Source: Octopus sinensis
Taxonomy: Eukaryota
NCBI RefSeq assembly: GCF_006345805.1
Contig: NC_043011.1
Span: 16,566,464-16,630,463, forward strand
DNA: 64,000 bases
Direction: 5' to 3'
Part shown: positions 25,870 to 38,593 of the stretch, one piece after another
Layout: each line of letters opens with the position of its first letter
Numbering within the stretch: the stretch's first letter is position 1
The notes under the pieces: model-generated
Databases searched by the model: none
Seen by the model: only the letters and a program-made list of their open reading frames with translations
Told to the model about the DNA's origin: nothing
Position numbers and translations under genes: made by a program

Positions 25870-26600
25870 ATGATGTAAAACAACTATATATACTGCCAAA
25901 CATCTCAAAGTGCATCTACCCGTAGGTATTCTTTGCTTTCTCCTGAAGTTCGATGGGGAATTTTTTTAGATGTGTTAAACATGCCCATACACTTGAGAAA
26001 TAAAATAGATGGGTACGGTCAATATATTGGCAAATCTTTCCTAAGGAACATCAAGCATGCCCACCGCTGCAGGCGATATCATATTGGCCTATTCGGACAG
26101 GTAGTTTTTGACGATGTTTCCCGCTCTATGGGGTCGCATTTCAACGTCTGATGACCTAGTAAGCACTCAGGCTAATCTTTGTTTTTGTAATGAAGTGTAC
26201 CACACCATCTCCATTCAGGATATCAGGACAAGCTCAATGTAAATTGTACTTGCAACGTTATTTTCAACGATACTGTTTGACAGTAAGCTAAACTTCCAGT
26301 GAAAATTAAAGGCATCATACGCCGTTCTACGTATGAATTCGTACCATCGGCCTATTTTTATTCTACCTCCTCCAGCTGTATAGACGTTCGTGCAGCGTGC
26401 CGTAACATAAATAAGTCTAACATGGACCACGGTTACGAGATGGCGCGGCGTGTTTGGATTATTTAGTACCTTGATGGCCTCTAGTATGCAGTGGATCAAC
26501 ATGACTGATAAATATGAAACGTAATTCTCACAACGCAAAATACCAGTAGACATTTGTTTAGAGTCTCTTCTAATTTCACATTGTTTAGAATCCAAACTAA
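25870..26600 (-). pseudogene. possible highly decayed Tc1/mariner transposase remnant
   Basis: Only one motif-like stretch, RPHRAGNIVKNYLSE (cf. QDNARPH..IV..YL); boundaries uncertain. Confidence 0.3.
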
Positions 26601-27354
26601 GACGACTGACACACACCAAAGCATCGATATCATACACTTGACTGTTAACGACGTCACTTTTTATCCGTAGACATGGTAAATTTTTAAACAGAGAGTATGG
26701 AGATAGACTTTTTTTTCTTTTTGTTGCAATAAAATATATTTTAATGTAATTTCTATAATAATTAAATGTTTTCTAATGCTAATGTATAGGCCAGGGATAA
26801 AATACAACTATATTAATGTCGTAATATTTTACATTTACTGTATTTTCATCGAAATAAATGACACAACTATTTTATTATAAAATCTTCAGAACGAATAAAG
26901 GCAAACTTCAACCATGTAAACCAAACACCTACACACACACACTCTCTCTGCTGATGTGAATATATGAAGAATAGTTTTTATACTAATATAAATATTTTTT
27001 TTAAAATTTACATTTTGTACAAATACTTTAATAGCCATAAAACGTTAACGACTTATTAAAGCGTTTGATTTAAGTGAAATATTTTGGAAGAACTGAAATT
27101 GTAAACACTGCTTATATGAAGACGTAGTATTAGACATGATGGATAAAATGTTTCAACTGAATCCTTATCACATTAGTACGACAGCCTTTATCTGGCACAG
27201 TCTTAGTAATGACGCACTGTCAACATTCTGTTTCCTTCATTCACTTTCACGACATCTATTCTTACCGAAAGATAAGCTTAATTACCAGTAACAAAGTAAT
27301 ACGTTGTGGAAGACGAACTGTGTGAATTGACGACTTTCTACTGCGCATATAAGT

Positions 27355-27460
27355 CGGCGTGAGGCGTATGGCACAGTGGTTAGAACGTCGGGCTCACAAT
27401 CCTGAGGTAGTGAGTTCGGTTCGCTGACCGGGTTGTGTGTTGAACAAGACACTATATTTT
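27355..27460 (+). mobile_element. 5' fragment of tRNA-headed SINE (family D-like)
   Basis: GGCACAGTGGTTAGAACGTCGGGCTCAC..GTGAGTTCGGTTC..TGAACAAGACACT. Confidence 0.55.
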
Positions 27461-27543
27461 ATTAATTCTCGTTTTATTTTGAGTAAAGCAATCACGAGTT
27501 ATTTCTCACAACTCACTCCATTAGTCGTAGATTAATACTCTGC

Positions 27544-27830
27544 ATAGGTGCAGGAGTGGCTGTGTGGTAATTAGCTTGCTTACCAACCACACAGTTCCGG
27601 TTTCAGTCCCCCTGCGTGGAACCTTGGGCAAGTGTCTTCTTCTATAGCCTCGGGTCGACCAAAGCCTTGTGAGTGGGTCTGGTAGACGGAAACTGAAAAA
27701 AGCCCGTCGTATATATGTATATATATATGTATATATTTGTGTGTCTGTGGTTGTTCCCCCCAATATCGCTTGACAACCGATGGTGGTGTGTTTACGTCCC
27801 CGTAACATATCGGTTCGGCAAAAGACGTGT
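27544..27830 (+). mobile_element. 3'-truncated SINE family A
   Basis: Head GGTGCAGGAGTGGCTGTGTGGTAA and body match. Confidence 0.85.
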
Positions 27831-27949
27831 GATATGAGGAAGATTTTGCAATTCTAGGTAGATTCATATTGTAGAATCTTCATCAATTGTGAGCGACTGA
27901 AAATACTTATTTATAAACACATTGCATCTATTATTGGTTTCAAATTGTG

Positions 27950-28146
27950 CTACAAGGTCAGCTATCCCGATGGGGGTTAAGTTGATTGCATAGACCCCAG
28001 TGCTCAAGTGCTACTTATTTTATCGACCCTGAGAGAAAGAAAGGCAAAGCCGACCACGGTGGAACTTGATCCCAGAATGTGATAACGGACGAAATATTTT
28101 GAAGCATTTTGCCCGGCGCGCTAACGACTCTGCCAGATCACCGCCT
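27950..28146 (-). mobile_element. diverged SINE family B
   Basis: TTTTATCGACCCTGAGAGAAAGAAAGGCAAAGCCGACC..CTCTGCCAGATCACCGCC. Confidence 0.75.
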
Positions 28147-30965
28147 TACATTACGCTTAATAATTAACTTTCTTCCAAATCAGAAGATTACATATAGGTA
28201 GAAAATATTCAATTAAATTGTTCCAGTGTATAATGTTACTTTATTTAATAGACCCTCACACTCCCGAAAGGATAAAGACTAAAGATGATTTTGGATTGAT
28301 TTGTATTCAGAACATAATGGGTGGTAATTAAATAGCACGCAGCATTTTGGCAATTCACTGCGAGGCTGGCAATTCATTACGAGGTTGGTGGACTGAGTTA
28401 ATGAATAAAACGGTTAAAATATATTGCATTATCTCCATTGAAAAGCTCTATTTTAACTTTCATTGCATGGTTTCGATAAACCTTTGGATCTATTTAATCA
28501 ATTACACCACTTTATTTGCGCATGTAACTATGTTAGAAAAGAAAACCATTATCAAATAATCGACGGGTAGGGATTTGGCCTAATCTTTACAGCACCAAAT
28601 AAAGTAAACAAGAAGCCGTGTTGGTTCAGGCTTTCTGAATCCCATTTTGCCTCAAAGCTTTTTTTCGGTTGGCTAAAATAACGTGTTAGGCAAATAATGT
28701 GGTCGATGTTCTCGAAGAACTCCCTAGCCTAAAAACTGCTAGACTTGTTTATTTACAAAAAACAAAAAAAAAATCAATAAAACAATTATTGATTTCAAAT
28801 TTTGGAAGACGGCTAGCAAATTCAGGTGAAATAACCGCGTGCTATTTAATTACTACACATTATGTTCTGAATACACATCGACCCAGTGTTCAACAGGTAC
28901 TTATTTTATCAACCTTCGGAAGGGAGAAAAGCAAATTCGACCCCGGCGTTGTGAGAAACACAACAAAATCGCGTTATGAGAAACACAACAAAATCATGTA
29001 TATGAAATGGAATCGTACCTTGGAAATCTAAATATGGTGTATGACGCTACACATTTAGGCGTCGATACTGTAATATTTTCAAAATATATTCCAGGCATAG
29101 ACATTCTATGCTATGTTTATGTCGTGATTTCAGCGGCTTCATGGCTTGCATTATTTAATATATTCTATATTTGTAATTAATAAATTGGAAACATACCAGG
29201 TGTTCCTAAATTATAGTTCAATATATTTTTTTTTTACGTTTCTTAGAGATGTCTACTTAAATATGTTTAGGAAATTTCTTTGATGTTTCAATGTTTTTGA
29301 AATTATCATTAAATAACCGTAATTTAACTCAGCAAATTTTGAAGAGATACGTAAACAATGTACGAGAATCACATATAATTGGGATGACTTCGAATCTCAA
29401 GGAGACACAGTATTTGAAAAAGCAACATCTTGTTTATGAACAAAAGAAATGAAATGTTATTTCTAGCAAAATGCTGAATAGGGTTTGTACTCTGCTTAAA
29501 TTAGAAACTATCTATGAATTTCTCATTATCACTGGCGTATTTAACCTTTGTTCATTGCATAATATATTAGACTTTATTTCTGAACAAATTCATGAGATAT
29601 ATCATTATTTTAAACATATTGACACCAGAACAAATTTGCTGAAGTATGGCTTTCTTTTTACCATTTGAATTATATTGTGGTGCACCTAAACAGTTGTGGT
29701 GCACCTGAGCACTGTAAACAATAATTTCATTATATCATTATATATATCTATATTTACTCTGGCATTCCTGATAATCTCTGTTTTTTTCTTCTCTTATTTA
29801 CTCTCCAAGTCTATATATACAAATGCCTCGTTTTGTTTCCCTTCCTCCACGTGTTACAACGAAGCCAAATATTTTAGCAACTTAGCATCCAAAATCATAA
29901 CAAAACACTTATGATCCAAACACTTCCAGGATTCGGCTCTTAAATGTAGACGTCTTCATAAGGAACCAATTCTTTATTTTATTACTTCGCAAAATAAAAA
30001 CCAATCCGAAATATTTAATTTCCTATCTTATATCACTACATACAACATTATTTTATAAGTTTTTTTTTTTTTAAGTAGGGTAGTATTAAACTATACAGTA
30101 AATCATCATGTCTCGTTAAATAATATAACGCCATTTGATACTAGCTAAAACAAAGATGAAAAGATTAAGAGCAGAAAACAAAAGTGTCAGTCTAAAATCA
30201 TTAAGTCGTGAACTGTCAACTTTAAAAACCACGATGACGCAATCAGATAAAATAAAAATTCCAAGCGTTTATACGCAAAATATTCTCATAAAATCTGAAG
30301 AAAATGTCAAGTATTTCGGTGACAGTATATCCCATCGTTACGCGCCACACTCCCGAGGCATTAATGAAAAGAATGCAATTTTTTTCTAAAGCTAAAATAC
30401 AAGAAACTGAAGATGTCACTCTGATATATTTCTATGCATGGCTACTTAGAAACCCCAGGAAACGCCCAATTGAATATTAAGATGATAAAACGTAAAAATG
30501 TTGCAATCTGCTTGCCTCAAATGTTTTAGAGAGAAGGGAAATATATACTTTAGTTTTTAATAAGGAACAATGCAGGGAATTTTGTCAATCTTAACGTCCT
30601 ATATCATTATAGCAAAGGAGGCTAAATACGCACCCAACTATAAAGCAGTAAAAATGTATCAGATTTAAAGTTATAGCTGGTGCATGCACATCACGCGATG
30701 AATAAAATGAGATAGATAGATATATAGATAGAGGGCTGGCTGGATTGATTGTTAGAAATGTATGTTTCTATCCACATGCATATACACACACGCATATATA
30801 TATATATATATATATACAAAGAGCAATAAAGATTCAAGTTAATTAAAAAAATTTACTTGAATATGGTACCTAACTTAGATGCACAAAAAAAAAACTATAC
30901 TGATTTAACAATACAGTAATGTGGGGTGATTATAAGCGAGAAAGAAGCAACAAGAATGGATAGGT

Positions 30966-31056
30966 TTTTAGTACGATCGTTTCATACAAGGACAGGTTTT
31001 ATTAAAAGTTGCAAAGATTACAGCATATAAACGAGTCCCGTACTCATCAGCTAAAA
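30966..31056 (-). ncRNA. type I hammerhead ribozyme, copy 1
   Basis: TTTTAG-CTGATGA-GTACGGGAC..GTCCTTGTAT-GAAAC-GATC-GTA-CTAAAA on the minus strand. Confidence 0.8.
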
Positions 31057-31519
31057 TACATGTAAGTTCTCTAGACATCCTAGTGTTGAGGCTATACTCA
31101 TGAAGTAATGTAGATAATTAAACAGATTTCTAAAGTTCATTAAAGTTCCTTAAAGATGATGTATAGTCTTATCACAGAATTTTAAAAAAGTTTTGATAGC
31201 ATCACAGAGAAGGTGACCTAATCCATATGAATTTCCATAGATATGATGAGGGATTATATACTCACAGAAGACAAATTTATCCATTGTTATTAGCATTACA
31301 GAGAGGGTGAATTAATCCTTGTATATATGCACAGATTCCAATGGTGTAGATGTAAATTTCCAGAGAAATGGAGATGAATTTCATATTCACAGGCGATAAA
31401 TTTTACAATGGTTGAACACAATGAGGTAGGTACCAATCCTTGTTATATGATTAGGTGTTTGCCATATTAATCACACTACTGCTATTCACAAGAGGCTGTA
31501 GCTATTTAACTCTTAAAGG

Positions 31520-31730
31520 TTGAAGGGCTTACTAGATCGGCCAAGAATAGAGAAGGGAATAGAAGAAAAGAGAGAAAATAATGGAGGAGGGAGCAAAAAA
31601 GGGGGGGAAAGGGGGACTAAAAGAGAAGAGAAAAGGAAACAGAGAATAAGAAGAAGAAAAAGAAGAAAGAGAAAAGAGAAAGAAATAGGGAAAGAAGGGA
31701 AAAAAAGAGAAAAAGAAAAAAGAGGGTTCT
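31520..31730 (+). repeat. purine-rich (GA) low-complexity tract inside the hammerhead element
   Basis: ~200 bp of nearly pure A/G. Confidence 0.85.
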
Positions 31731-32014
31731 AGTTATACAGAAGAGCTAGTAGACTGTAAGTCTGGTTTTAATCAACAGGCATCTAGGAACTGGAGGGGGA
31801 ATATTATTCTTTGACCAGTAAACCGTTAATTTATTGCTGTTGAAATCAGCTATGAGTTTAAAGAGAATCTAAAGAGATAACACAGTCAGGGGTTAAGGGG
31901 TCAGATGCTAAAATCACCAGAAAATACATTAGGAAAATCTACGTATAATCTTATCAAAAAGTCATTAAAATTACTTATTTAATTTATTCATTTTATTCAT
32001 TTTATTCATTATTC

Positions 32015-32058
<44 letters not shown>

Positions 32059-32088
32059 GCGAGAAAGAAGCAACAAGAATGGATAGGT

Positions 32089-32179
32089 TTTTAGTACGAT
32101 CGTTTCATACAAGGACAGGTTTTATTAAAAGTTGCAAAGATTACAGCATATAAACGAGTCCCGTACTCATCAGCTAAAA
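32089..32179 (-). ncRNA. type I hammerhead ribozyme, copy 2
   Basis: Same motif as copy 1, 1123 bp away in direct orientation. Confidence 0.8.
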
Positions 32180-32361
32180 TACATGTAAGTTCTCTAGACA
32201 TCCTAGTGTTTGAGGCTATACTCATGAAGTAATGTAGATAATTAAACAGATTTCTAAAGTTCATTAAAGAACTTTAATGAACTTTAGAAATCTGTTTAAT
32301 TATCTACATTACTTCATGAGTATAGCCTCAAACACTAGGATGTCTAGAGAACTTACATGTA

Positions 32362-32452
32362 TTTTAGCTGATGAGTACGGGACTCGTTTATATGCTGTAA
32401 TCTTTGCAACTTTTAATAAAACCTGTCCTTGTATGAAACGATCGTACTAAAA
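32362..32452 (+). ncRNA. type I hammerhead ribozyme, copy 3
   Basis: Stem I TTTTAG(32362-67)/CTAAAA(32447-52); CTGATGA 32368-74; stem II 32375-83/32425-34; GAAAC 32435-39; GATC loop; GTA 32444-46. Confidence 0.8.
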
Positions 32453-32659
32453 ACCTATCCATTCTTGTTGCTTCTTTCTCGCTTATAATCACCCCACATT
32501 ACTGTATTGTTAAATCAGTATAGTTTTTTTTGGTGCATCTAAGTTAGGTACCATATTCAAGTAAATTCTTTTAAATTAACTTGAATCTTTATTGTTCTTT
32601 TTATATATATATATATACATGCGCGCACGAACGCACAGATACACACACCATTCGTATAG

Positions 32660-32890
32660 TACGTGATCTGATCAATAAGTATCAGAGCTATTGCTATATT
32701 TACGAGGCTAAAGCACGGAGAGTGAGGCTGCTTTGCACAGATTGACCTTGGACTCAGCTGTGCATGCGCACTAAGTTTTAACGTTCTACCGCAATTCCGC
32801 CATTTACAGCAGGTCTTGGAAGGAAAGTATGTAGCGTGTGATCGTCACCATTAACCTTGACAGAGAAAGTTGAACAGAGAATCTGTAATT
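32660..32890 (+). mobile_element. 5' end of a mariner-like element (TIR plus start of transposase), truncated
   Basis: TACGTGATCTGATCAATAAGTATC resembles mariner TIRs; ACCTTGACAGAGAAAGTTGAACAGAGAATCTGT = TLTEKVEQRIC. Confidence 0.55.
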
Positions 32891-35084
32891 GTTGGGGCAC
32901 TGGGATATGTAGTTGTTGGGGCACTGGGATATGTAGTACTCTGCCTAAATACCAATCTTGAGGAATTAAGCTTCTCAAAACCAGAAAGGAGAAAGTTGAT
33001 TCGAGGTCTACAGATCCAAGTCATCACTGGAACAGTAAAAGTCTGCAAAACTTCCAGGAACTTTATCATTTAAGTATATATGAGAATGTCTAGATACGCA
33101 AATATATGCATGGGAATATATACATAAAACGAAACATAGAAATCTGCACTTATATATACTTATATACAAAAATATAGTTGATGTCGATGAAATTTCAATG
33201 AAGGAACCTTGGATCTAGGTTAGAAACCGGCTCTTTTTCTATTAAAAAGAAATCTTGAAATAAGACTGAATAATGACATACATGCATATCCACACACACC
33301 ATACATACATATATACATACATACGTACATAAATCCGGTCTAATTCTGACTGCAATAGTATAGTGATTAGGAACATTCTTGGCTTATACCAAAGTTCATA
33401 ATGGTTGTATGAAATTTTAAAGAAACAAAAGTTAAGAAAAAAAAAATATATAATCTTTCCTAAATCATGAATAAAGACGGTATTGAAACTGCGACAGCGA
33501 AATTCTCGGGCAGTAAGTTAGTTTCTATTCACAAAAGTCTAAAATGTTATGTCTTTGAATATCGTTGGTTTTGATATACGTTAAATAATATTGGCAATAT
33601 ATTTATTTCCTTTAAATCTGATATTTCTGGCTGAATTTAAGAACTGAGATATATAGTCTATACATTGTTATGTATTGACTGATAACTAAAATTTACGTAT
33701 CTTGGTACAAGAGAATTCTTTCAGCGCAGTATAAACATCAGTTACGTATATTTACTAAATGATTCTGAAGTTGATATTCTCTTTCTAATATAGTTTGTCA
33801 TCACAATATAGTCCATTAAACTCTCATTAAACTCTTTGTGACATACAATAAAAGAGATCACAGTTGGTAATTCTAGAATGTCACTCTAGTTAATGCCATC
33901 ATTTAACCTTTGGTTACTTTCGATGACGAATACGAAGTACGTGGGTCATGTCTCTGATGGAATGGTAATTCTCAGTCGTGATGTACTGCTTTTGAGTGTG
34001 CCGTCTCATACGTAGTGGCATTGTTTGTTAGAAAATAGCGTTGAAAGTACTTCTCCATCTGAGTTTTACTGGCGACTGATACTCCTCAGGCTTGACTCTC
34101 AGAGAAACTACGAGCAAAACTGCTCTATTTTCTGGTAGATACAGCGCAACCTTGACATTCCGTTAGATTATTTAAATAAATCGATTACTTCGTATTAGCC
34201 CAAATGTCAGTGAACCTTCTCCTAACTAGTTTCAGAAGGCCGCTACAGAATATAATATACTGCACATTTTCCTTTGACTATACCGTGAAAAATATATAAA
34301 CTACAACTAATTCAATCTACTATCCCTTTATGCGCCCATAATTTTATCATAAACAAAAATGGAATCGTTCTTTATAATACCATATTCTAAATGGAATATA
34401 AAACGAAAGACAATTTCTTGTTATTTATGTTGGACATTAATCATTGGTAAGTCATTACTAATTCTATTCCATTCAAATTTTGGCATTTTCTATTGACACT
34501 AACAAATTAAATTTGATATAACTTCCATCAATCTCTGGTAATAAGTGTCTAATTTCACAGCTGATTATTAGAATGTACGACTTTCTAAAACGTTTCTAAA
34601 ATTCATGGGAAATACAGTTCAGAGTTGCCACTCACATATTTAGGCGGCTATTAAGGCGGCGTGCTCGCAGAATTGTTAGCATACAGGACAAAATGCTTAG
34701 AGGCATTTCTTCTAGTTCCTTACATTCTAGGTTCAAATTCTGAAAACTTTCCCTTACATTCTTTCTGAGCCGATAAAAGAAAATACCAGTTGACCAAGTG
34801 GAATGTTCCCTTCCATCAAATTGCTGGCATTGTGCCAAAACTAGAAAGAATATGTTTCTTTTGCTGTTGTTGTTTATTCCTAAATCATCCTTGTTGTTTC
34901 AAATTTATGGTGAACGGCATTTTATATATACCCCCTCCAATCCTTTATTCGGTCATTACATTATACTGTGTGTCCCATTGATTTCAAGCCTGTAATGTAT
35001 GATTGAGGAAGATTTGGATGTTATCTCTAGTATATGATGCGATCACATAGCTGCTTCCTCATTGACTCGTCATAAGATACGTTG

Positions 35085-36891
35085 TTGATATTGGTTCTAT
35101 TCTTAATACAAGCTATAGAGAAGATTAATAATGCATGAAACTAACAGTCGTATTATGGGAAAACCAAGGTACATCCTTAAATGTTTCAACAGTTCATTTT
35201 GCGAGAACAGTATTTGATTTCCAGATCATTAATGATCAATTACTTCAACACCAGTGATCCTAATGAAAGATATATAGTTCAATTTCCGATATTGCGCGAG
35301 AAAATCATTGTCTCTTTATGACAATAGCTTCCTCTTTGATAGATTTCATGATGAGACTGTCATTTGCTGTGTTTCCTCTTAGTTAATATCACTATGATTA
35401 AATTCGTTGACTCATTCAGAATTACTTCAAGGTCAATTGTTAATAATTAGCATCTGAAATTAATACACTGCAGCAAAGAAGTACAGTTTTATCACAATCA
35501 TTGAGACTAAAATGCGTATACTTTGATAGTTTTCTATCGCATCAAGCGAATATTCACATATAATTCTACATTTATCGCTTTCATTTGTTCGTTATATATA
35601 ATTAATCTTCAGACGGCAAAATGATGTTTACATCATATTTACTACCAAAATTCATCACGTGACTTAGGGTAAAATAATGCAGTCTAAATTGTCTGTCATT
35701 AAAATTGTATCACTGCCATTCTTTCTAAATTCTATAGCCAATATATTTCAACTAGAAATTTCCTTTGCCAGTCACACTTACATACATACGTACACACACA
35801 CATGCACATACACACACACACACATATGTGCATGTATATACCTTTGTGTGTATACAAATATTCATACATTCATATATACATATATAAATACAGGCATACG
35901 TATGTATGTGTGTATGTATATACACAGCTGCTAAACAAAATAATAGAACTTGTTAAAAGAAAATTTCCTTATTTTTAATGTCAATGATTTAACTTGAACT
36001 GATTCTGAGTGATTGTTAGGTAAGCTATAAGCTATTCTTCAAGTAACATCAGCTTTATCCTTTACAGCGATGACCGTGAAGCGAAATGGCTCCTTGATTG
36101 CTGCTCCAAGATGCAACATAAATGGTCTCCTATATCCAAGTTTTCTTCCGTACATCTGGGCTCGATCCTCGTCCTGATTTTGAACTAATATTAGTCGTAT
36201 GAATCAGCACAGTACCATCTTGGAAGGTGCATCCACCATAAAAAAAACAATGTTTTTACCACAGGCTGGATATAATCAGCCAAAATACTCAGGTCATTCT
36301 TGGCATTGACTATGCCATGTGGAACAAATGAAGAGCCAAGAGATTTCCGGTATATTGCTGCTCAGTTCACCACAAAGCTACCTCCATGCTTTACGATGGG
36401 ACAAAACATTCTAAGTGAATGCCTTATTTGGACTGTATCCAGGCAAGAACTTGCTTTAAAGTGAAAAAATGAAAGTAAATGATGATACATTAGAGAGGAT
36501 GACATTGTTCATTGAGCGCCTAATGATCTAGACACCAGTTTCCTCTTCATCAACCTTGATGAGTATTTAGCAATTGTAGCTCTCCCTTGGTATCCGGTTT
36601 TATGACACTCACAGCTAATGGCCTAGGTTGGTGCAGAGTTGGCAAGAAGGAGGTTTAGCTCTGTCACGTTTGCTGCAACAGTTCGACACAAAACGTTTCA
36701 CTATTTTGCTGGTCATCTCTGTAAGTTTTGATATTGGTTCTATTCTTAATACAAGCTATAGAGAAGATTAATAATGCATGAAAATAACAGTGGTATTATG
36801 GGAAAACCAAGGTACATCCTTAAATGTTTCAACAGTTCATTTTGCGAGAACAGTATTTGATTTCCAGATCATTAATGATCAATTACTTCAA
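35085..36891 (+). repeat. 164-bp direct repeat (2 mismatches) at 35085-35248 and 36728-36891
   Basis: TTGATATTGGTTCTATTCTTAATACAAG..GATCAATTACTTCAA occurs twice, offset 1643 bp. Confidence 0.93.
36040..36720 (-). pseudogene. decayed Tc1-family transposase
   Basis: Minus strand across a frameshift: VKHGG..WAAI; GIVNAKN.LSILADYIQPVVKTLF..FQDG..IHT. Confidence 0.7.
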
Positions 36892-37329
36892 ACACATGTG
36901 AGTGTTAAGAATTAAGCGTGCCAGAACGGGTTTTACGTTTATCTGGAAATGTCAACAGGATTTTTAGAGATTGTACCGCTCGATGTATTAAACAATGTCT
37001 CAGTTTTGTGACGAAACTCCAGCCGTCCGCGGTACTAAAATCGACCCTTTTCGGAAATCAGGTAGATCACACATTGTAAGTTATTCAAATACAAATATTT
37101 GAAAAAAGATGTAAAAAGGAGCTATATCACAAATAGAAAAAAGTACAAAGCGAACATAATGCATATGGACATATAAATACTAGCTGTATTAGATGTGAAT
37201 TTGTCATATTGCCAACAGAAGAAAAAATGTCAAATCAAAAACTAGCTTTTCCATTATCTTATTCAATATCTCTCTCTCTCTCTCTTTCTCTTTCTCTGTC
37301 TCCCTATACATACATACATATATACATAC

Positions 37330-37350
37330 ATATAAGTAAACACCCATATA

Positions 37351-37389
<39 letters not shown>

Positions 37390-37642
37390 CAATATATATA
37401 TATATATATATAGAATATATATATATAATATACATTGTATATATATATATATAGAATATATATATATAGATATATAGAATATATATATAGAATATACATT
37501 TTATTTATATATATATATATATAAATAAAATATATATATATATAATATACATTATATATATACGTATATATATATATATATATTATATATATAATATATA
37601 TATATTATATATTATATATTATATTATATATTATATATATAC

Positions 37643-37678
<36 letters not shown>

Positions 37679-37873
37679 TATATATATATATAATATATAT
37701 ATAAAATATACAATATATATATATATAATATATATATAATATAATATATATATATATTATATATATATATATATAGAATATATATATATAGATATATAGA
37801 ATATATATATAGAATATACATTTTATTTATATATATATATATATAAATAAAATATATATATATATATAATATA

Positions 37874-37914
<41 letters not shown>

Positions 37915-37999
37915 TATATATAAAATATACAATATATATATATATATATTATATATTATATATATAATATATATATATATAATATATATATATATATAT

Positions 38000-38042
<43 letters not shown>
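37330..38042. repeat. long (TA)n tract with internal higher-order duplications
   Basis: AGAATATACATTTTATTTATA and TAAAATATACAATATA blocks recur. Confidence 0.9.
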
Positions 38043-38043
<1 letters not shown>

Positions 38044-38519
38044 TGTAATTGTATAGACTGGTGGTACATAGTCGAATCAGTAAACCCTGGTACGCATATT
38101 AGTAGACTTGGTGAGATGAAAGGCGGAATACATTCTCCTGGGAATTGAACGCATAATATGATAGAGAACAGAAATTAGTAATATTAGCGTAAGTCGATTT
38201 ATCGTTTGAGCCTCGTATAACGTCTCCTTTAGGAAAATATATATTCATTGATTCATATACGTATTGCGTGTTTTAACTTTGAAGATTTCTAAGGACATTG
38301 CAAAATGTCTTAATAATATCACATGTATGTATTAACTGCTTTTAGCATATGACATTCTATACTGCTATATACTGTTTAGTTTCATGGTTAGAAAAAAAGA
38401 TTTTTTTGTCGTTCTATTTGCATTTTATTTCACTTATTTCTGTTGTTGTTGCCGCCGTTGAAACTGTTTTGTTGTGGTAGATGATGAGTATAACGCCAAG
38501 GAAGAATTCATATATATAT

Positions 38520-38593
<74 letters not shown>

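Larger units (their letters stand above)
32059..32482. repeat. perfect palindrome: 211-bp arms, 2-nt (AA) spacer
   Basis: 32059-32269 is the exact reverse complement of 32272-32482 as read by eye. Confidence 0.95.
30818..32600 (-). mobile_element. non-coding hammerhead-bearing element (retrozyme-like / non-autonomous PLE) with direct and inverted terminal repeats
   Basis: 30936-31145 is repeated directly at 32059-32269; 32272-32600 is the inverse of 30818-31145; no ORF; flanked by (TA)n. Confidence 0.75.

Noticed and set aside
30135-30389. 84-aa plus-strand ORF
   Set aside because: No motif, no donor site, non-ATG start.
32889-32936. 24-bp tandem duplication (IPVPQQLH x2 in an ORF)
   Set aside because: Simple local duplication at the truncation of the mariner fragment; no coding evidence.
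33467-33512. Possible first exon MNKDGIETATAKFSG followed by GTAAGT
   Set aside because: Too short to distinguish from chance; no compatible downstream exon found.
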